A DNA stretch of 64,000 bases, from contig JAQGDQ010000005.1 of the NCBI GenBank assembly GCA_030141605.1, forward strand, positions 1,054,180 through 1,118,179, read 5' to 3'. Of this stretch, positions 38,950 through 53,730 are shown in pieces. This stretch comes from Tubiluchus corallicola. Lineage: Eukaryota; Animalia; Priapulida. Position numbers and translations under genes: made by a program. The number at the start of each line of letters is the position of its first letter. Within the stretch, counting starts at the first letter, position 1. A model generated the notes under the pieces. It was not told the DNA's origin. It made no database searches and saw nothing but the letters and a program-made list of their open reading frames with translations.

Positions 38950-40300
38950 GATAAAAATATGGTAGCGATACCCATAATAATCCCTGAAGCTTTTAAAATA
39001 CAAATTTATGCAAAAATAACAAAGTTGGTGCTACTGCTAGAACATATATTGATGAATTCCTGGGGATCACAACTAAAGCAGGGCTACAAAAGGATACTGA
39101 TGAATATTATATGTAGATCATAGTTAATATGCAAACTAAGTCCACAAAACTTGTGGGATACTAACAAGATTTTAATAGGGTGTTTTTGGTTTGAAATGTT
39201 TAGTATCTTGATGAGTTTAGATGCTAAAAATGTTCACAGACGAAGCATAGTTAAAAGTTTTTCAAGTGTCTGGGTACGTGTATTATAATGAGCGAAAATT
39301 TTAATTCAGGTCTATATGGAGATAAATTTTATAACTGTTGGCAGTTTCCACAATAATTGAAGTGTATACTGCAACAAACCTACTACAGATGTACTTGGAC
39401 TACTTGCATTATCATGTATCGAGCACTACAGTACGACATTAGAGTACTACGTTTTACAGCATCGCGTACCTGAATATATGTAAAAGTAAAAGATTCTTAT
39501 TTTTGATATCCCGTTCTATATGCATAATTAAACACGGTACATTGTACATGGCTGCATTAATTCAGCGAAGAAATTGGGTGAACTTCCGCAATGTCCATGC
39601 AAACATATCTGTCACCAGAAGATCTGAAAGCAAATGTACATCAGGCAAGGTTCAGTGTAAACTGTTTATAGGCTGATGCTTAGAAACCACCCTGGACGAA
39701 GAAAACAATCTGGTCAGCATCATCTCATTCATAACATTGCCCATTCTGTTCCAGCTAAAGCTGTCTGCTGTGAAGCTAGAACACAGAACAGAACACATTT
39801 GAAGATATAATTATAGGCATCGATGCGCGGATAATTTATATGCTTTACCCCTTTAAACGGCACGAATTGGCTTTCAAAAATCAGAGTAAACGCTTTAATA
39901 AAATTGTTCTTGAAATAATCGTGTCAAGTTCTTTTTAAAGGTCTTAGAATGTTGTTCAGTTCTGCTACTTAGTATAGATAGTCATTAGTCTTTCCAGTAT
40001 ATGTACCCACACCACTATATTCCTACGTTAAATTGTTATTACAATTACCTATGACTAAAAACAGTATGAATCCAACCGCGCAAGTTCATCTGTAAAACAT
40101 TAAATATATGTTTCTACCGTGTTTTTTTTTTGGTAAAAAGGTGGTGGCAATATCGATGATAAAATAATTTATAAAGCTCTGAAAAAACATATTTATGCAA
40201 AAATAACAAAATTGGTACTACTGCTAGAATATATACTGATGAAATCCTGGCGATCACAACAATAAAGGATCAGAGCTGCAGAAGGATGTTGATGAACAAA
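38950..40300. repeat. Two diverged copies of a ~150-bp segment (about 38950-39105 and 40135-40297)
   Basis: atttatgcaaaaataacaaa.ttggt.ctactgctagaa.atata.tgatgaa.tcctgg.gatcacaac is shared by both. Confidence 0.85.
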
Positions 40301-41489
40301 AAATTAAAACGGGTTGAACGGAGACTAGATAGCGAGACGGGTAATTTGTAATAAATCAGTATAATTTAACCTGGTGTCCTTCATTATTGATGGGAATATA
40401 TGCAGCTTATTCGTAATATACAGCAGCTGAGCCATAAGAACTACACGTGTCAGAAAACATATGGGAAGCCCAGACAAAGACGCTTACAAACGGCCCCTAT
40501 ATGGAGTATTAGATTTATTTGGCAAGCTGTATTTCGGGTGTTTCAGTGGGGTAAATATTATTAAATCGCTGTGCGACATATGCTGCCAGCACGCTCTGCA
40601 CATGGCTAATATTAATTTGAGTGAAGCAACTATATATCGCTGTACTTTACGTAACTGTGTTCCAGGGTGAAAGACACAATGATGTTATGTTTTTCATCCT
40701 GGGTTCTGGTTATGAAAGGCAAAACCACTGTAGGCTTGGCAAATAACAAAGCAATATTAAACACGCTAATGTTTCAAGAGGAGAAAGGATTATGTGGGTC
40801 GTTCACCCTGTATTTCCGTTAAACTGACCAGTGCCCAGTAAGGCAGCATGCGTCCGGAGGAATTTAAGTAGCAAATCCCTCGGTGTACCGGCAACAGTCA
40901 TCTTATCTCGCTTAGGAAAACAGGAATTTATTAATCCCAGTTGCTTATTTGTGCTGAAATTTGTTTTGCTTTTCACAAGAAGTTCATTCGATACTATATG
41001 GAAGCCATTTAAACTCGCCAGGCGGCAACACTGACAACATTGTGCTTTACAGATTTTAGCGGCGACACTACCGTTTTACAATTAAAGTCCTTTGTGAAAA
41101 TGTATTAAACGGGGTGTCCAGCAAAGTGGATACCAGCTCGGCTATAATTAATGTACGTGTTGTAGTTTATTTTTAGCCAAATCCAAAACTGGATTAAAAC
41201 TTAATGCAGAAGGCTAGCGTAAACACATCTAAGGTTTTGGATCAACTAACTGTATGCACACGTAAATCTGCCTGTCTGACGCTTTTGTGCTGGGACTTAT
41301 GTGAGCAAACTGTACAAATAGGGTTATAAATGTTGCCTTATGTTTTCCCGTTCAAAGACACATTTGTCTGTACAAGTATTTTATTGGGAGAGATCGTGCA
41401 GCCCTGACTGCTGATTTATTTGGTTCCATACTTAAACCTAAATGTCGTCGTAGTTGTTCGATAAATTTCGCTTAAAGCTTTTTATTTTA

Positions 41490-42800
41490 TCGCAGATTCC
41501 CAATATGTACATTTATCATTCCCCATCGATATCTGATAATGATGATATCGCTTTCTGTTCCTAGCCTTATTTGTTATATATTTGATTGTGGTGTCGCGTG
41601 CATAGCTCTTCAAGCTTTTCTGTGTGTGGTGTGTGATTTTTCAAGTACGGTCATGGTTTTGTTCAGAACAACGTTCGTTGCTGTATACTTTTGTTTGAAT
41701 TTCTCTGCAAGGTGTCTAGAACTTTTGCTTTATAGACATGCCCACGACTTCGGTAAAGGGTTTCCTGAGCATAGCATGAATCTTCATTTTTACTAATCTA
41801 TTGCTTATGCATAGCCTCAAAATTTGGTTTAAAAATGTTAATAATTGTGCGTTCACTTCATCAGCAATTGATACTGTCAAAATTGAAATGATAAATTTAA
41901 CAATTGGCTGGCTATCTGTTGTTGTACATAACCGGAGCTATAGGTTTATAACAAGTAATAATGGTTGCCTTATTGACATAAATTCGCCTAATACGGCTAG
42001 TGTGTTCTAGATTTCTGCAATAAAAACCAGTATTTACGACATTTCTCAAAATAAAGAAACAGCTACGAAAACGCGGACTGTAAAGCAGTTTCAAAGTAAA
42101 ACCACCAAAGAATTTGAAGAACACGTTTTGAACACTACTATGCAAGTGTTTATATTTGCACATTCAGGGTCTTTGTATGACCCACCTCAACTGCTATTTT
42201 ATCAGATGCCTCAAGGTAATTTTTCTATGACCAAAATAACTTCATGTCTTTATGTTTATGATTCTTTGAGTGCTTTGGGCACTGGTTCTTCTTTGACCAG
42301 CGCGCGCCGACCAAACAATTGAACACGTTTTGTGATTTCGTCATTACCATAGCCGCAAATACATCGTGGGTTTCTTGACTGGAATCTGGATTGTTCCTGA
42401 TTTAGGTCGTAAAACTAGTAAAAAAAATTAAGATTCTATATTCGCATAACTGGACCAGATTTTGGTGAATTAACTCCTGATTAGAAGGCGCTTTTCTGCA
42501 ATCCGATTAATACTGTAAAATGCGCTAGACTTAGTGAAGGACACATCTTTGGCATGTCAAACAATGTATTAATCAGATGTTGCTCTACTGTAATTAAGCT
42601 TTCTCGTTTTTCTCTAAGTTGACTCTGTCACGTTCTACTTTTGAATTTAAAGTGCCAAGACAATAATACCTGAAAAGTCTTCCTTGTCAGTTTGGGTGTA
42701 GTGGCTTATACACTATTCACTTACTGAGTTCTAAGGATAAAAAATTCCACAGACATTGATCTTTCACAATCTTCGTTCATTCTCAGGAGAAGCAGAAATC
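41490..42800 (-). mobile_element. Heavily decayed RTE-like LINE (endonuclease and RT traces)
   Basis: Frameshifted traces in the expected order: IIVLG(D)FNSKV, NTLFDMPK, FDSIN, YTATNVVL (YADD-like), TYWESAI (YLGS-like). Confidence 0.4.
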
Positions 42801-43772
42801 CAGTGATGTGAAAAATTACTGGCTCAGTTAATAACGTGGCAGATTTATGTCTTTTTATGGCGTGCAGGCTGGCAGCTGTGGTAGTTATACAATAAATTTT
42901 AAGATAGGTGTAAACTTACCAGACCCATAATTGTAAAACTGTCAATTATACTACAATAATACTACTGACTGAGGATTAAAACGTGGCAAATGTAATCAAA
43001 ACAAATGATGTATGCTTGCATTATATGCGCCATTAATACCTGTACACTAAAATGGACCCCATTTTCGGTATTTAGGGTTAGCGACAGCTGTTGGTGTTTT
43101 GGAATGCAACTAAAATCTCAGCTGTAGCCGGTTTAATTAATGAGAAGCCGAGTCGACCTCGACTAAAAGGCCTGCACACACTTATGTAATCACGGGAGAA
43201 CGAGCGTGGTGCTGGTCGGGCTCTGTCTCAAAGTAATTCCTTTCATCCTCCAGAAGACAGTAGCAGTAGAGGGTCGTTTTCGCATGCTTTTGTTTTAACT
43301 GAGAATTTTTAGGCTTCGATGTAGTTTAATTAGGTTCATGCTTTTATGTAGCATATTAAAATTTTTGTATTTATGTAGGAAAATAGTCTTCACAGATTAA
43401 TGTTTTGTACTCCAAACCGATGTTAAATGAAGTAAACTGTAATTGTAACTGTCATGTCTGCAATTGAAAAGCTTTTTGCAACCTTGAAACAACTCGTTGA
43501 TAGACAAATAAACTTAAGCACAATTACTGCAACAAATATTTGTGTATTAATGAGCGGAATGTCACTAACATCTCAGAACAGGGGCTGACATTCATATTGT
43601 CAGTCTGCATGCTTGCCTGAGTGCTATATATATTATATAACTCTAGCTTCTTCTAGAAGTAAAGGGTGCACACTGAACGTAGTTATTAGCGTCCTTTCCT
43701 CTGTAAAATTGTTTCAGACAATCGACTGCAGTTCAGCCGTTACGATCACCAATTGTCCAAAAAAAAACCATA

Positions 43773-43955
<183 letters not shown>

Positions 43956-44883
43956 TCGTTTTCCTGGCTCCTGGCCTTATTCTCCAGGAATAATGTCTCT
44001 TGTCCTGTCCTTTCAGTCGCTCCCGCCTGCTTATCCAGGCAATTTTTCAAGCTTTTTGGCCGTATCCTTGTAAACTTTGCGATCATCTGCTGGGCTGCTG
44101 TAGGCCGATTAATATCTAAGAGTGACAGCAACCATGCCTTGCAGTTCCTTAATCAAAGCCTGCACAAAGATTTTAGCACAGGTTATCTAGGTAACCGAAT
44201 GCGGAGCGCATGTGGTGCCTTTTTCCACTTGATCAAAGCAGCGGCTTTTTCATCTCCTCTGGCCAATTACTGGTTGTTTCTGTAAGAATCAAATTCCGAC
44301 CTTCCTCTTTCCTAGGACATAGATGTTTTTCATTTGGGCTTTGTTCTTGTTCTTCCTTTTGGAATCTAGCAAGCGATTACACTTATAGCTGTTTTTCATT
44401 TGGCTTTGTTCTTATTCCTCATTTTGGTTTCTAACACACGATATTTAATAATTATGACTATTATGGAATGATAATCTAAAATTTCCTTGCCAAGCCTATT
44501 TCATCAGAACAGATCACGTTTACTAGACAATCATTTTCATATTCCATCTACTGAGAGTAGTAGGGCGTAATCAAATACAGGGAGGAATCTTCAGTCTTGT
44601 GAAGAATCGTTTGGAATGTTATGCCTTGGCGCGCGTGGGCAGATTGGGTTTGTTTTGCAAGCTAAATAGTGATTTGACGAAGTTTCAAAATCCTGCAAGC
44701 CGCAGCAGCCGGAGTGCTCATTAAAACACACCAGCAGAACGTGGGACAGAATACTTACTTGTTCGTTCCAGGGAGTACACGAACGTGGGCGAGTTAACAA
44801 ATTCCTATGACCTAATTAAATAATACGTGAAAGCAATCTCATGTTTTTTTTATGTCGTATAATGTTTTTGGAACTTCCTTTTC

Positions 44884-44967
44884 GCACCTGAGTACAGATA
44901 TTTCTATAATTTATATGCATTCACTTTTGGCACCTGAGTACAGATACTACTATAATTTATATGCATT
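44884..44967. repeat. 46-bp tandem duplication
   Basis: gcacctgagtacagata...ctataatttatatgcatt occurs twice. Confidence 0.9.
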
Positions 44968-47900
44968 TTAATAAGGGAATGGCTCGACATTAATGTTTTA
45001 ATTAGTTATGTAAAGTAATTATCATTCTATGATTGTAGATAATTTTCACTTTGTCTGTTGTGTAGTTCTTTATTAGGAATGTCCCAATGTGTGTTCATTT
45101 GACTGCAGTAAGTGTTCTGTAATCCACAGTTCTAGCCATATGTTAACCTTGGAGCATCTTTAGTTTACCTAGGAGCTTAGATTAGAGGGTGTCTGGGTTG
45201 TGCGGATTGGTTCAATCAGTGAAGATGTCCAGGAAATGATTAACACAGTCAGCTCTGGTCGCCTTGTTTCAATTATTCCAAGTATTTGGCTATGTGCCCT
45301 CCTGCATGTGTCGAAGGCGTTGATTTCTTGGAGTTTTAAGGGTCTTCAGTTTTTATTCAGTTTGTAGACGTCAACTCACATAATTGGCCAAGTGTTCTCT
45401 TCTTCAGTAACGGGGAAAGAAAATCATGACATAGCGTCACCTGTGTTTCGCACCTGCACACTCTTTTTAGTTCAATAACTAACTTACATTAAAAACATTT
45501 CGGTCTCTTTGACAGTTATTCTTCTTCCTCAGTGTCTGATATCTCGTTTGGCATAAACAGCGTCAGCGAGGTGGTAACCAAAATGTTAAGTACTAAAAAT
45601 CGGAAAAAGTGACAAGTAGCAGTTTGAACGCACATATTTACTTGCATTACACTTAGTTTGTCTAGATTGGAAGAGGCAGCATTGATAACTGACGTGGCAT
45701 GTCATCAATGGTGTGATTTTTGTTTATGCATAATTAAAAGCTTATAATTTGCAGCTGTACCAATTGACGTCAATTAAATTGAAGTAGGTCGCGAGACTGG
45801 CCGTCAAGTAGTATCTTTCACCACTGCATGGCTTCATAGCAATTACTCTCATCTGCAATAATTTAACTGGTAGCAATAAAGCTCGAAATATAACTCTGGT
45901 TCAACTGATACAACTGGGATCTCTTGGGTTTTCTGAAGTTTTGTCAGCCATCATTTCATGTATTATCAACTTTACCGTGTAGGAATTTGAGACCAAAAAT
46001 ATGGTATTTCTTCAAAATACTCTTCAGACTACATGAAAGATTGTTACGAGAATGAGAGGAGATATCGTAAATTAGAAAATTATTAAATTAGGTTTCTTGA
46101 CTTTAATGTGTACCAATACCCTATAGGTTATATAATATAATATACATGCGCTATGTACTGGCTACAGTATGAACATCAGACGTATTTTTGTTTAGCTACA
46201 TCAATAAGTGTATTGCTAGACTTCATTCAGACAAATTCCAGGAGTTATTAGATGAATAAAGTTTTGACGGATTGAAAACCCTGTGTTTTGTAAAGTATGA
46301 AAAAAACAACTGCTGTGCATGCGGTGTCTGATGACGCACTGTAATGGAACGCAGATGACTCCTGACATAAACAACCCATCTCCATGCTTCATTTTCCAGC
46401 ACAAGCTGCTGGACCGAACCGGCTTCACGTTATCACAGGAGGGGTCGCTTTGCTTGGTTAGCGTTTTGCTATCATTTGAAAGAATTTTGCTATTGTTCAT
46501 ACTATTTGTAGTGAATGCTTATCAACCTGAACTGTACTATTGTTAATTTGTGAAGGGTAAACTAGAAAATGCGCCCGGCGTAATCAACTTTAATTTCTTT
46601 AGTTATTTATAACCGCAAGGAAAAAGGCCGCAAATGGAAATCTAAGAGGATATTAAAATCCGCGCTCTGCATAGATCAATAGTGAATAAGGCAAACCATA
46701 TAATCATGATATACCTTATCAATTATCATAATTATAACTATAACTTTCGGAAGAAAAATAAATAATCAAGCTTCATTGGTTATGCTTGTTTGCTTTGACA
46801 CTTGCAAGAAAAATTCTAGCTAATTCTTCACTAAATAACTTCATAAAATGTTCACTAGATTGTATGCTTAATGCTGAGTTGTGACGTACTTATATGTAGC
46901 TCGTTATAATGCAAGCCGTTATACTCAACGATAAGACATATTTTTTATATTAATGATTCAGTGTCGTTATCAAATGTAATCCTGTATGAGATATTGAACC
47001 TTCCATCCTAAGCCAAGTACTATGTACATGTAGGGCCAACATTCATTCTCCTTTAGTAAAATAGCTAAAGTACGTATGGCAGTTGTAACCGACTTTTCTG
47101 CCAGTAACCCCATCCATAAATCAGTTTACTAAATTTCATACACCTACGTACATACCTGTAAACTGTATTCATTGTATGATATGAACTGTACATTTATTTC
47201 AGTGTTATTACGAATTTAAGACCAGTGCATTCTGGGCAACCTATTTAAGTTTTAAAGACATTTTAAAATGGCATGTTGCCACAGGTTTTCAAATTAAATT
47301 GTTTATAGTTTTTTTCAAGATATAAAGTCGGGCTTGTTGTGACAGAATCAACATATGCAACACATAAAGGCCGTGTTTAAAAAACAAACAAAATGCGATG
47401 GTGGTTTAACTTTAAAAACTTTGAAGACGCTGTTTTGCTGTTAATAACGAAAATGAACAGATGTGAGTTTGGTGAAGCTGCATTTGCGGGCAAAGACGGA
47501 TTTCCGGAGGGGTTTCGTGTAGTTAATCCCATCTAAAATAGTTATTTCCTATGTCGTTATTATGCGGTTTAAAGGATGTTAAGGCCGCCAAAACTGTTTA
47601 GCAATTTAAAGAAAAACGCCTCAGTAGTCTGGTTGATCTGCCATTAATGAAGCATGCTTTTGGTCCCATTTTGGTGACACCTCAGATGGAGCCACCCTAC
47701 TCATCAGGTTTAGGGAATTTAAACAGGCAAAAACCAGCGCGCCAGTTGCTTGTAACAGAATCTTCTTAACACGCGCTGTCAGGTAACTTCATCTGAGCAG
47801 CCAGGCACCATTATGGTGTTTTGTTGCTTGTGGCACGCGCTGATACAGATGATTTTACTGTTTGCATGAGCCAGTGTTGCATTCTCATTGTTTTTCTTCT

Positions 47901-48299
47901 TTCCTAATTTTTTTCACCCACTCTCGTTCATTTCTCATAGCCACTTGCCAAGATAGTTGACATATTTCTGCTTTCACTGCTGAATTTTGAATGAATATTA
48001 AAAATAGGGCAAAATATTCAAAATAAAGTAAACTAGCAAAAACAGGCGCTTATTATTGCAATCGTCATTCCAGCAGTTGATGGCAACTGGTGGTAAAAAA
48101 GTAAAGCTTTTTTTCGGAAAAGCTATACTGTAATCTTTTGAGTGTTCCATATTTCTACATAAAAGGTGGCAACGAAATTAGGATATAAGATAAAAAAGAC
48201 AAATTATAAACTTGCCAAATTAGTTTTTCCCACGATTAATTCATAGGCACGAGGTGGTTTTGTTCAGCGTCCGTTCTCATAAAGTACAAAAGTGTCTGG

Positions 48300-50520
48300 A
48301 TGTAGCACCCGCTCTAGGCATTCATGAAACTGTTGGGGTGTTGGGGTTGGGCACCAAGAGGTACTGACTGTAGTTAGCGGTCTGAAGTGCCGAAAATTGC
48401 ATCATAAAGTACATCGTTAATTTTACTTCCAAAACGTATAGGGGACATTGTACTCTTCGAAAAATGTCCAATCTGACGTTGTTGGCCTTGGGCATAGTAA
48501 ACATTAGACGACCTGGGCAAAAGTCAGAGGAGTCAAAATTGTATCAAGGTACATGGTCAGATTTACTCTATAATTGTAGGCGACACTATCATGCATTAAA
48601 AGCATCAAATCTGTCGAGAACTGCTGGGGCAAGATGGAATCTGACCACTGTGCAAAATGCAGAAAGCATTGGAAAAGAAAAACTAGACCACCTTGTATCA
48701 GACAATATTTGAGAAGTTAGAAGATGCATAATATTTCTATAAGACAAGTTACTGAAATGAATTTAGTACTGCATTAATAAGAGAAATGACTGAATGTTAA
48801 ACATTTTTAATGAATGTCAACCAGAAACAAAATTTTAAACTGAATTATTGATCAGTAAACTATATTGTTCAATTCTGACAATAACGAATGAGCAAGAGAC
48901 TCAAGAGTTGCAGAGAGAATTATAAATGGTTGAATAAATTTTGCTGGTACTAAAGAAAACCATTTTGCAGTTATACATGTGGCTGTGTTTTCATCAAACT
49001 GAAGAGAGGTTTTTGTCATTTTTACTTTTTTCTGTATGGCTCCAGCTCCAAATTTGCTGCTGCTACGTTCAAACGAGGCAGGATTTGTCATCTATAACTA
49101 GCCGTTATTCTTGATATATGTTGTTGAAGTCTGTTACGTGTTTTTTCGATTCATTTTCATTTGAAACATTCTGGAAGCAAATCCCATTTGTATCATGAAG
49201 TGTATCCTTTCCACCCTTAATTTATAGACGAGCATCATAAGTATTCCAAGCAATACAGATTTTCAAATTTAGCGGTAACATTATTCCTTTTGGTGTAGCT
49301 CAACCTTATTCCATATATGTAGAGTGTATATGTTCAATTGATATTATAAAGAAATCACAGTGCCAAATAAACAATGCAAGGTAGTGTTATTGTTTTTGAG
49401 AACAAATAGGGGCTGTAGAAGCAATGTAGAAGCTTTTATAAAAATCAGTATAGGAGTACCTAATTTTAAAAGCATTAGTTAACATAGGGCGATATATGTA
49501 TACAATAAACACATTTTTAAAACTTGCTTATACAACTTCCTAACATGCAAAACTGTCACAGTTCTATGTGCGATAACTATTAATCATTGCAAACTACTGG
49601 TGAAAATTGCTAGGTCAGTGGAGTGGATATAGTAGTTTTTAGTTTGTCAAATTACTACACAAATGAGCATAATTCCAAAATCTTAAGACGAATGGAGACA
49701 CGTGTTCCCAAAGCTTAATCTAGCTGAAAATTTGCCCAAGTTAGTATCTCATCAAACCTCCTAAATAGGAAAAGTTGTAAAAAGATTGGATAAAAAAAGT
49801 TATTTTCACTACACCCGTACACGAAAACTCTGCTACAAGTTCTTTTGTGCAGCAATGACCAAAACGTTGCAAAATTTCTGCAACCATCCTGCTGCGGTAA
49901 GTTGTAGATGTTTTGATGGCTTAACATGTCCATTTGTCACAGCATATAAAATGTCTTGAGCAAAAGACAAAACTCTTCTAGCATTTGCGTCTGCTGTTTT
50001 CATTTTCGGATCTGGATCACACATTAAACGTCTAAATTAATCTATTAAAAGGTCCTGATGTCTAACTTACGCAGCTAGACCATTTTTGCTATTGCGACAG
50101 TTACTTTTGCATCTGTGAAAGACAGAAGGTCAAGCGACACCAGAAGGAATAGTGTTACTGCCAAATTCGAAAAACTGTTTTGCATGGGATAATCAGTTTT
50201 ATTGCTGAAACTTTCTAACATTTTTTTCAAATAATGAAATAAGTTGAACTTCCCACAGAGCCTTGGCTTTTCCTTTAACGTTATAAGCACGTTCTGACAT
50301 CAGTTTTTAGAGAGATCGTGTGCCATTAATTGAGTGTTAAAATAGACATGTCTTGGGAAACTATGAAAACTGCCTCAGAGAAGTTACAAGTGAGTCCAGT
50401 AGCTCAGGAGTTTCGACGAATGCGATATCTGTTCTGCTTCTCGAAAATGTTCCATCGACAAGCAAGATTCTGTCGCATTTCTGATTTTATCAAAGTCCGC
50501 AATACGAACAAGTAGCCTGA
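48300..50520 (-). pseudogene. Academ-like DNA transposase relic (internally deleted, with stops)
   Basis: RVLSFAQDILYAVTNGHVKPSKH; TPKG...IAWNTYDARL*IKGGKDTLHDTNGICFQN; C-terminal-like NNVRLDIF and TANYSQY...PNPNTP. The family assignment rests on recalled motifs. Confidence 0.6.
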
Positions 50521-53057
50521 TCATCTAGTGGCATTACTTGTGCGAAGAGTTCTTATCTGTAACCAAATAGACTTATTTAAATATGCGACCACATGTGTGG
50601 AAAATAAATACTGCCGTATTTTTGCTGTTATTTCTTATGGCTGGGGCAAAATTTGTAGAGTATGAGAGACATTTGGTAGATTGCTAACGATTTTAAATTT
50701 TTCGGAATCATTATTCTAAATGGCGTCCTACATGGTGGAGGTCTTCTATGCTGTGAACACCCACTTACTCAATTGACATTTCCTAAGATTCCTGAGCAAG
50801 AGAAGATTTTAGTTAACCCTAAGAGATGTGCATGTGGAGTGGATTAAAAATATGCTTTTACAAAACAAGCGTGTCGTCCATCTGGCTATGTAGTTGTTTG
50901 TGAATACTTTCGAATGATTTATTTTCGGATGATGTTAAATGATATTAGAGACCGTCTTCACTGTTAGATCATTCAGTCAGTTATTTTGGTCAGTCAGACG
51001 TCACTTGGTTAATAGTTAGTCAGTCTTGCAGTTAATTAGTCAGTCATTCGGCCAGTCTCTTTGCTTGATATGTTGCTACTAATGTTTGTATAACTAATTA
51101 AGGGATAAAATTTATCAGTCGGCTACCTTTCAGTATTGCTCTCCGTTAGCTTTTCTGCTCTGCACTCATAAGCCTGTTGGTCAGTATCCCAGGGAAGATG
51201 CCTTTCCACGTGTCAGTCATACCTGTCAGTTAATCGGCATTAATCGATTCTTGGTCAAGCAGCTAATTATTAATCAAACGGTCCACTCACTCTAATCATC
51301 AGTTATAATGAATGAATTACGTAGTCACATAATTAGGCAGTCAGTCAGTCACCGCACATTGATTACCCACACGTTCGTCCTTTTGTCCGTTCGTCCCTAA
51401 GTCAGCCTGTGACAGCCATTTGATCTATTGATCTATTATTGAGTCATTCACAAGTTATGTTGACCGTTATGGTTATTGACTGTTTTGGTATGTTAACGAA
51501 TCTTGTAAGAAAATTTAGGGTGCCTTACTGAATGCTTAGTAAGATACCCGGATGTTTTTGCAGATGTTTGTGAGGTGATGTTTCGTAAATAAACGTCAGT
51601 GACACGGGCGTATGTTCTTCGGATCGGATTTAGGCGCTGGAAATTTTTAACACAGGGAAATGCCTTCCTATTTGAAATTGATACTCTGGTCCAAGCGCAC
51701 GCTGGCTACTGGCTTGTTTGTAGGCCAGTTTTGCGATTCTTGTTTTACGAAGCTTGATTACCTTAGTGTGATCATGTTTATTATAGGACTGTAAGTGTAG
51801 GATACACTGCTAGATAACAGCGATGTCATAATGATGACTTCAAATTCGAAACTAAAAGCACACACTGTACTCCCAACAACTTCTCTCTATAATATTTATA
51901 GGGGTTATGTTCAGCAGTGCGTAAAGTAATCGGGCAGGTTTTTTTTTTGTATATGCTGTTTAGAATACCTAAATTGAGGAATTACGATAATATAACTCTT
52001 GTATTAGTGTATTATTGTAACAACGATTGTACTCTGAACGTGGTTGATAGATCAACGTTTTGATTCAAGAATTATTGGTTTTCTTTTGGCAGTGCTTGCG
52101 AGTGGATTCCTTGGTCCTGGTCCGCCTTGGCTGGACGGCAAAATCAACATCTTGCTATATATTAATATGAAGCGTTTGTTCTGGTCTAGTTACGTGCAGC
52201 TATAACCTGCTGAGAGACTTGCCTATTCACAGCTTCTGTTGCTATACTAAAGCTTGATTACAAGTTTCATGGAACCACCCGTCTTTGATCAGGCCGCACG
52301 AATTCTGTTGAAACATCATTTGCTTCACCGTTGTAATTTTGTGTATAATTTATTTCTTTGTCTGTGTCTTTTCTTTCTTTCTTTTTTGTTGTTTGTTTAA
52401 TTGGTTGGTTGGCTGGCTGGTTAATTATGTTTCTAAGTAAGTTGATTGGTTGGCTGGTTGATTAGTTTGTTCCATATTTGGCAGGTGAGCTAGTGATAAG
52501 GCTATTTGGTTGATTGACTGCTTAAGTAGTGCATGTAGTTGTCATGCGAGCCAGTTAGCTTTCTATATTTATTTAATTTTTTCCATGTTCATCTTGTTAA
52601 TGGGCGCATGTGGATGGAAAATTAGTTTGCTGATTATTATTAGTTAAATTATTAAACATAAAACTATTTAAGAACGTCAAATCATACAATACAACATTTA
52701 AATTTGCGATGCACAAATTTGTGCTATGTAACCTTGTAAATTCTGTAGCACATATGTCCGTAAATAATGATACATATATATGTATGTGAGTCTTATCTCA
52801 TCTATGGTAGATTCAAGTGAATTTTTTTTGTAGATTCTGGTGAACAGTTAAAAAATCCTTCGGCTCAGACTATATACTGGGGAATCAAACTGGATCGTGA
52901 CCTTATTGAAACCATTCAGGTGGGTTGCTTATGTAGTATTTGCATTGCTATCAGTATATGTAAAAAATCTTATACATGTAATTTATGAAAAGGTTTTTCA
53001 CTTGCACAAAATATGTTAATCATCCTCTCATACAAAGGTGTCTGTCAAGAGAATTAC

Positions 53058-53198
<141 letters not shown>

Positions 53199-53730
53199 AC
53201 CTTTATTTTACAAACATAAACACAAGTACAATTAACAAATCACACAATGTATACAGAAACACGTTCCTACAAATACAGGGCTATTTTTAAGCATAGTTGA
53301 TTAAAAAAATACCTTAATTTATAACAAACGCATCTACATATATATCACAGTGCTGATTGAATACATTAATTCTTAGCAAAATTAATTCGTACCTCTTAAT
53401 TTAGAATCACGTATTGTTGAAATTTTATGCACACAATTAATCAACAGTTTTTTGACCTCCACATCTCCACTTTTGTTTAAAAATATAACTTATCAATATC
53501 ACACATGGATGAGAATTCTGGAAAAATATCTGATAATTGATGTAAGAACGCAGTCCTTTCTTGACAATAAACATTGCATTGCATACTAAAGTGAAGTTCA
53601 TCTTCTGTGGTCTCATTCTTACATAAAGTACATTTTCTCGTATCAACAGGTCTGGTATATCGACCAGCTTCAATTTATAATCTATGCGCGCTAACACGGA
53701 ATTTTGTGACATATATGTCATTCGTTAATA
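53199..53730 (-). mobile_element. Non-LTR retrotransposon 3' end (RTEX-like C-terminal Cys/His domain)
   Basis: YVTKFRVSAHRL*IEAGRYTRPVDTRKCTLCKNETTEDELHFSMQCNVYCQER, then a 3' UTR and (ATT)n tail. Confidence 0.78.
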
